In this document: positions 59,857 to 64,000 of the stretch, one piece after another | How positions within the stretch are numbered: position 1 is the stretch's first letter | Layout: the number at the start of each line of letters is the position of its first letter | Assembly: GCA_965222075.1 (NCBI GenBank) | Contig: OZ244937.1 | Span: forward strand, 864,001 to 928,000 | Length of the DNA: 64,000 bases | DNA from: Candidatus Latescibacterota bacterium | Lineage (GTDB): Bacteria; Latescibacterota; UBA2968; GCA-2709665 | Direction of reading: 5' to 3' | The notes under the pieces: model-generated | The model's database searches: none | The model's input: the letters and a program-made list of their open reading frames with translations, nothing else | Told to the model about the DNA's origin: nothing | Made by a program: the position numbers and the translations under genes

Positions 59857-59928
59857 CGGTCCGATGCAGGGGCGATCCTTGTGATCGCCCTGTACCAGTC
59901 GGGGGCGTTTGCCCGAGGGGTTTTGAGG

Positions 59929-60756
59929 ATGGGCGTTCAAGATCTGCTTGTGGTGCTCATCGCGGTGGCGTATGCGGTTAGCGCCATCGGCTATGCCGCA
60001 AATTTCCAGCGCAGGGGAGAAACCCGGGGGCAGACCGGGTCCTGGGGCCTGATCCTGGGTTGGGGGATGCACAGTGTGCTGCTGGGGACCTTGACGGTTG
60101 CGACCGGCAAGGTGCCTCTGAACAGTCAGGTTCTGCCGTCGCTCTGCGCCTGGCTGGTGGTGGTTGTCTATCTTTACTTAGAGTTGACAACGAAGGACCG
60201 TTCCCTGGGGGCGCTGGTTGTGCCGATTGTGACCCTGTTGCACCTCCTGGCCGCCTTTAACCTGGCCGGCCTGGAGGAGGCCCCCCAGGTTGTCCACAGC
60301 GGCGGGTGGTTCAAACTCCACGTTCTGGCGTATATTCTCGCCTATGCGGCGTTTGCGATTTCCTGCGTCAGTTCGATTATGTATGTGCTGCTGCTGGGGG
60401 AGATTCAGAAAAAACATCTGGGATTTTTTTACGCACGGCTCCCATCACTGGAGACCCTGAATCAGATCAACAACCGAGCGGCCACGTTCGGTTTTGTTTT
60501 TCTGACGGGTGGAGTGATTGCGAGTTCGGTCTGGGCCTACCAGGAACTGAGCCAGTTGTGGGTTTGGGGGAAACCCGCATTTGCCCCTCTGCTGATGACC
60601 TGGGTCATCTACGCGGGACACCTGGCCGCACGGTGGATCGCCGGCTGGCGGGGGAAGCGGGCCGCGATGCTCTCGATTGTCGGATTTGCGGTGGTTGTTT
60701 TTGCCTTTCCGGTGGTGGGGGTGCTGTTTTCGGGGAAGCACCCGTTGATCCGGTGA
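59929..60756 (+). CDS. ccsA: cytochrome c assembly protein (CcsA/HemX-like)
   Basis: about 8 TM, LHV...LAY, RLPSLE.L, GF.FLT...S.WA, GWRGKRAA. Confidence 0.85.
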   Translation: MGVQDLLVVLIAVAYAVSAIGYAANFQRRGETRGQTGSWGLILGWGMHSVLLGTLTVATGKVPLNSQVLPSLCAWLVVVVYLYLELTTKDRSLGALVVPIVTLLHLLAAFNLAGLEEAPQVVHSGGWFKLHVLAYILAYAAFAISCVSSIMYVLLLGEIQKKHLGFFYARLPSLETLNQINNRAATFGFVFLTGGVIASSVWAYQELSQLWVWGKPAFAPLLMTWVIYAGHLAARWIAGWRGKRAAMLSIVGFAVVVFAFPVVGVLFSGKHPLIR

Positions 60757-60811
60757 AGGGCGTCGTGAGGGGTGGGGGTGGGCACTCGTACCTCGCTGGG
60801 GGAGAAAGGCG

Positions 60812-61453
60812 ATGAGCGATAGCCGGACCTACTATCCGATTTTCCTGGACCTGAGCGGCCGGACGTGCGTGGTGGTGGGAGGGGGAACGGTTGGGGAACA
60901 GAAGGTGAGGGGGCTGCTGGATGCGGGCGCGCGCGTGGTCCTGATCAGCCCGAAGGTGACCGAGGGGCTGGCCGATCTGGCCGGATCGGGACGAATTGAG
61001 CTGGTGCTACGGGCCTTTCAAAGGGGCGATCTGAAAGGAGCGGCGCTGGCGTTTGCAGCGACGGATTGTGCGGATGCGAACCGGGCAGTCGCTGGTGAGG
61101 CCGAGGCAGGCGGCGTGTTGCTCAATGCGGCGGCGGATCCGGTCGCGGGAGATTTTATTCTGCCTTCGGTCTTCCGGCGGGGCCCGCTTCGGGTGGCGCT
61201 GTCCACCGGCGGGGGCAGTCCGGCCTATGCGAAGATGGTGCGAGAGCGGCTGGAGGAGATATTTGGCCCCGAACACGGTGAACTGGTGGATTTCCTGGAG
61301 CGGCTGAGGCCCCACGTGGTAGCCCGGTTTCCAAACAGCGCCGGGCGCCGCCGGGCCGTCTGGGACTGGCTGGTGACGTGGGAGACGGTCGAGCTGGTTC
61401 GACAGCGCCGGTGGGATCAGATTGAGGAGATGGTTGCCGAATGTCTATCGTAG
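60812..61453 (+). CDS. sirC: precorrin-2 dehydrogenase/sirohydrochlorin ferrochelatase
   Basis: YPIFLDL, VVGGG.VG..K, FAATD, DFILPS, STGGGSP. Confidence 0.9.
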   Translation: MSDSRTYYPIFLDLSGRTCVVVGGGTVGEQKVRGLLDAGARVVLISPKVTEGLADLAGSGRIELVLRAFQRGDLKGAALAFAATDCADANRAVAGEAEAGGVLLNAAADPVAGDFILPSVFRRGPLRVALSTGGGSPAYAKMVRERLEEIFGPEHGELVDFLERLRPHVVARFPNSAGRRRAVWDWLVTWETVELVRQRRWDQIEEMVAECLS

Positions 61454-62772
61454 TCGTGGGGCTGAGCCACCATACGGCGCCGGTCGAGATCCGGGATGGC
61501 GTGGCCGTTCCGGAGCATGCGCTTCGGTCTGTGCTGAAAACCGCGCACCGGCTGCCGGGGGTGGCCGAGTGTGCGATGGTTTCCACGTGCAACCGCTCGG
61601 AGACCTACGCCGTCACAGATACGCCCGAGGCGGTCCGCGAGGGTGTGGTGGAGACGCTGTGCGGCCTGGGCGGTTTGGATCCCGGCCGGCTCCGAAAGTA
61701 CCTCTTCACGTATTACGATGCAGACGCGGTGCGGCACCTGTTTGAGGTGGCTTCCGGCCTGGATTCGATGATTGTGGGGGAGCCCCAGATTGGGGGGCAG
61801 GTGAAGGCTGCCGGGGCGGCGGCGATGGGGGCCGGAACCAGCGGGACGGTGCTCAGCCGGCTGTTTCGTTCGGCCGGTGAGGCCTCCAAGCGGGCCCGTA
61901 CGGAGACAGAGATCGGCGTTGGGGCCGTGTCGGTGAGTTTCGCGGCGGTGGAACTGGCCAAGAAGATTTTCGGGGACCTGGACGGGCGTTCGGCGCTGGT
62001 GATCGGCGCTGGTGAGATGAGCGAGTTGACGGCCAGGTACCTGGTGGAGAATGGGGTGCGCGCACCGATGGTGGCAAGCCGCACCCGGGCGAGAGCGCAG
62101 GCGCTGGCCGAGCGGGTGGGCGGGGAGGCGATGGGCTGGCAGGATGCGATGGAGGGCCTGCATCGGGCCGATATTGTGATCAGTTCGACAAGCGCGCCCA
62201 CCTATATTCTTCAAAAGGATGCGGTGGCGGCCGCGATGCAGCGGCGGCGCAACCGGCAGATGTTTCTGATCGATATTGCGATTCCCCGGGATATCGAACC
62301 GGAGGTCGGGGAACTCTACAATGTGCTCCTTTACAATATCGATGACCTCCAGCTGGTGGTTGGGGCCAACCTGAAGAAGCGCTGGCAGGAGGCCGAGAAG
62401 GTCCGTGTGATCCTGGAAGAAGAGGTCGCCGCTTTTCTGTCGTGGCTGAATTCCCTGGATGTGGTGCCGGCGATTATGGCCCTCCGGCGGCATTTTCAGG
62501 AGGTGATGGAAGCAGAACTGGAGCGGGCCAGACTGTCCGATTTGACGGACGAACAGAAGGCGAATGTGGCCGATGTGGTCCGCCGCTATATGAACAAGCT
62601 TTTGCACGAACCGGTGACCCGGCTCAAAGGCGCATCGGATACGGGCAATGGTCTGGTCTATGTGGATGCGCTGATGCATCTGTTCGGTCTCCGGACGGAG
62701 GCGGAAGCGGAAGCGGAACCCGATGGGGCGCTGGAGGAACGGAAGCGGCGGGTGGAGAGGATTCGGTCTTAG
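61441..62772 (+). CDS. hemA: glutamyl-tRNA reductase
   Basis: STCNR.E, HLFEVASGLDSMIVGEPQI, GAGEM, DIAIPRD. Confidence 0.97.
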   Translation: MSIVVVGLSHHTAPVEIRDGVAVPEHALRSVLKTAHRLPGVAECAMVSTCNRSETYAVTDTPEAVREGVVETLCGLGGLDPGRLRKYLFTYYDADAVRHLFEVASGLDSMIVGEPQIGGQVKAAGAAAMGAGTSGTVLSRLFRSAGEASKRARTETEIGVGAVSVSFAAVELAKKIFGDLDGRSALVIGAGEMSELTARYLVENGVRAPMVASRTRARAQALAERVGGEAMGWQDAMEGLHRADIVISSTSAPTYILQKDAVAAAMQRRRNRQMFLIDIAIPRDIEPEVGELYNVLLYNIDDLQLVVGANLKKRWQEAEKVRVILEEEVAAFLSWLNSLDVVPAIMALRRHFQEVMEAELERARLSDLTDEQKANVADVVRRYMNKLLHEPVTRLKGASDTGNGLVYVDALMHLFGLRTEAEAEAEPDGALEERKRRVERIRS

Positions 62773-63696
62773 ATGGATACGCGTGTGGTTATCGGGAGCC
62801 GGGGGAGCCGTCTGGCCCTCTGGCAGGCGGAGTGGGCCCGGAAGGCGCTCCTGAGATACCGGCCGGACCTTCGGATCGAGATTGAGGTGATCAGGACCAG
62901 AGGGGATCGGATTCTGAATGCCCCCTTTTCCGAGATTGGAGGGAAGGGGGTTTTTACCAAAGAGATCGAGGAGGCGCTTCTGGACGGGCGGATCGACCTG
63001 GCCGTGCACAGTCTGAAAGATCTGCCGACCGAGCTTCCCAAAGGGCTGGAGATCGGGGCGGTGAGCCCCCGGGCAGATGTGCGCGATGCCCTGTTGAGCC
63101 AAAACGGGGAGGGGCTGGACGGGCTGAAGCAGGGGGCCCGCGTGGGGACCGGCAGCCTGCGCCGGCAGGCGCAGTTGCGCCACCTGCGGCCGGACCTGGT
63201 ACTGGAAGGGATTCGGGGCAATGTGGATACCCGGCTGAAGAAGCTGGCGCTGGAGGGGTTGGATGCGGTGGTGCTGGCAGCAGCGGGGCTGGAGCGTTTG
63301 GGGTGGAGGGACCGCGTTTCGGAATTCCTTCCGCCAGACCGGGTTTTGCCCGCACCGGGACAGGGGGCGATGGCTGTGGAAGTGCGGTGTGGAGACGAGC
63401 GGGTGATGGGTCTGGTTGCCGGTGTGGAGGATGGGACGGCCCGCCGTATGGTGACTGCGGAACGGGCTATGCTGCGGGTGCTGGGGGGGGGGTGCCGGGT
63501 GCCGATCGGCGCCTGGGCACGGATGGAGGGGGGGCGTCTGGTGGCCGAGGGCATGGTGGCCCTGCCCGATGGGAGCCGGTTGGTGCGGGGGCGCACCGCC
63601 GGAGAGGCTGACCGGGCAGAGGAGGTCGGGAGGAGGCTTGCGGATGCGCTGCTGGCGCAGGGAGCAGGGGAGATTTTGAAGGAGATCGACGCATAG
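62773..63696 (+). CDS. hemC: hydroxymethylbilane synthase
   Basis: GSRGSRLALWQA, GKGVFTKE, AVHSLKDLP, SLRR, RGNVDTRL, PAPGQGA, GGGC. Confidence 0.97.
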   Translation: MDTRVVIGSRGSRLALWQAEWARKALLRYRPDLRIEIEVIRTRGDRILNAPFSEIGGKGVFTKEIEEALLDGRIDLAVHSLKDLPTELPKGLEIGAVSPRADVRDALLSQNGEGLDGLKQGARVGTGSLRRQAQLRHLRPDLVLEGIRGNVDTRLKKLALEGLDAVVLAAAGLERLGWRDRVSEFLPPDRVLPAPGQGAMAVEVRCGDERVMGLVAGVEDGTARRMVTAERAMLRVLGGGCRVPIGAWARMEGGRLVAEGMVALPDGSRLVRGRTAGEADRAEEVGRRLADALLAQGAGEILKEIDA

Positions 63697-63771
63697 GACC
63701 TGCCCCCCCCTTCCCGATTGTATGGTGCTTATCGAGAGAACCGCGTAACCATTTCAACCGTGAATCAACAC

Positions 63772-64000
63772 ATGGCCGAAGGGAAGGTCTACTTAGTCGG
63801 AGCGGGGCCTGGAGATCCTGAGTTGTTGACGATAAAGGGGCTGCGCTGTGTCCGGCAGGCCGATGTGATCCTCTACGACGGGCTGGCCAACCCCGATTTG
63901 CTTGAGGAGGCCCCTGAAGGGTGCGAGGTGATCGATGTGGGAAAGCACATCGATGGACACAGGCGCGACAGGGATCGGCAACAGGCAAAGATCGATGCGA
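63772..64000 (+). CDS. cobA: uroporphyrinogen-III C-methyltransferase (partial, runs off the window)
   Basis: [23 protein letters not shown]...ADVILYD.L. Confidence 0.93.
   Translation, partial: MAEGKVYLVGAGPGDPELLTIKGLRCVRQADVILYDGLANPDLLEEAPEGCEVIDVGKHIDGHRRDRDRQQAKIDA

Noticed and set aside
57400-59900. Recurring repeats as a CRISPR array or integron attC cassettes
   Set aside because: Spacing is about 1.1-1.3 kb, there are no cas or integrase genes, and I see no RYYYAAC/GTTRRRY boxes.
61417-63183. Long antisense ORFs (also 26615-28057, 49154-50461, 34470-35705, 53829-54941)
   Set aside because: Shadows of well-supported genes in GC-rich DNA, with no recognisable motifs.
1-64000. tRNA, rRNA, integrase, transposase or prophage genes
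   Set aside because: None recognised by eye; tRNAscan and Infernal were not run, so small RNAs could be missed.

Overview
GC-rich bacterial window. The dockerin/EF-hand-tailed secreted protein suggests Latescibacterota/Gemmatimonadota, but that is inference only. Positions 1-11.5 kb form a defence island: a PD-(D/E)XK nuclease, an HNH nuclease, a single-chain type IIG/ISP-like restriction-modification enzyme, a nuclease cargo gene bracketed by a duplicated R-M 3' end, and a SPARTA-type short Argonaute/TIR-APAZ pair whose Ago has a 1-nt frameshift. Directly upstream of the pair is a DUF4258 gene coupled to a zinc-finger protein fused to a HEPN-like domain. Next come HigBA, a MITE-interrupted ORF, housekeeping metabolism (FGGY kinase, acyl-CoA ligase, PLP decarboxylase, ArgE-like, MetE-like, GGT, MFS, MATE, PhoX), an atypical AddAB-like helicase-nuclease pair, an AAA ATPase and a decayed glycosyltransferase/methyltransferase mosaic. 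The window ends with DUF2723-GT2-NamZ-AnmK, cargo genes each preceded by a copy of the anmK 3' end/promoter, and ccsA-sirC-hemA-hemC-cobA. The least explained signal is a family of tiny (19-33 nt) CCTGCCTG...CAGRCAGG hairpin insertions in coding DNA. Two have an empty-site counterpart inside this window and one is nested in another. All calls come from reading motifs by eye; no database searches were run.
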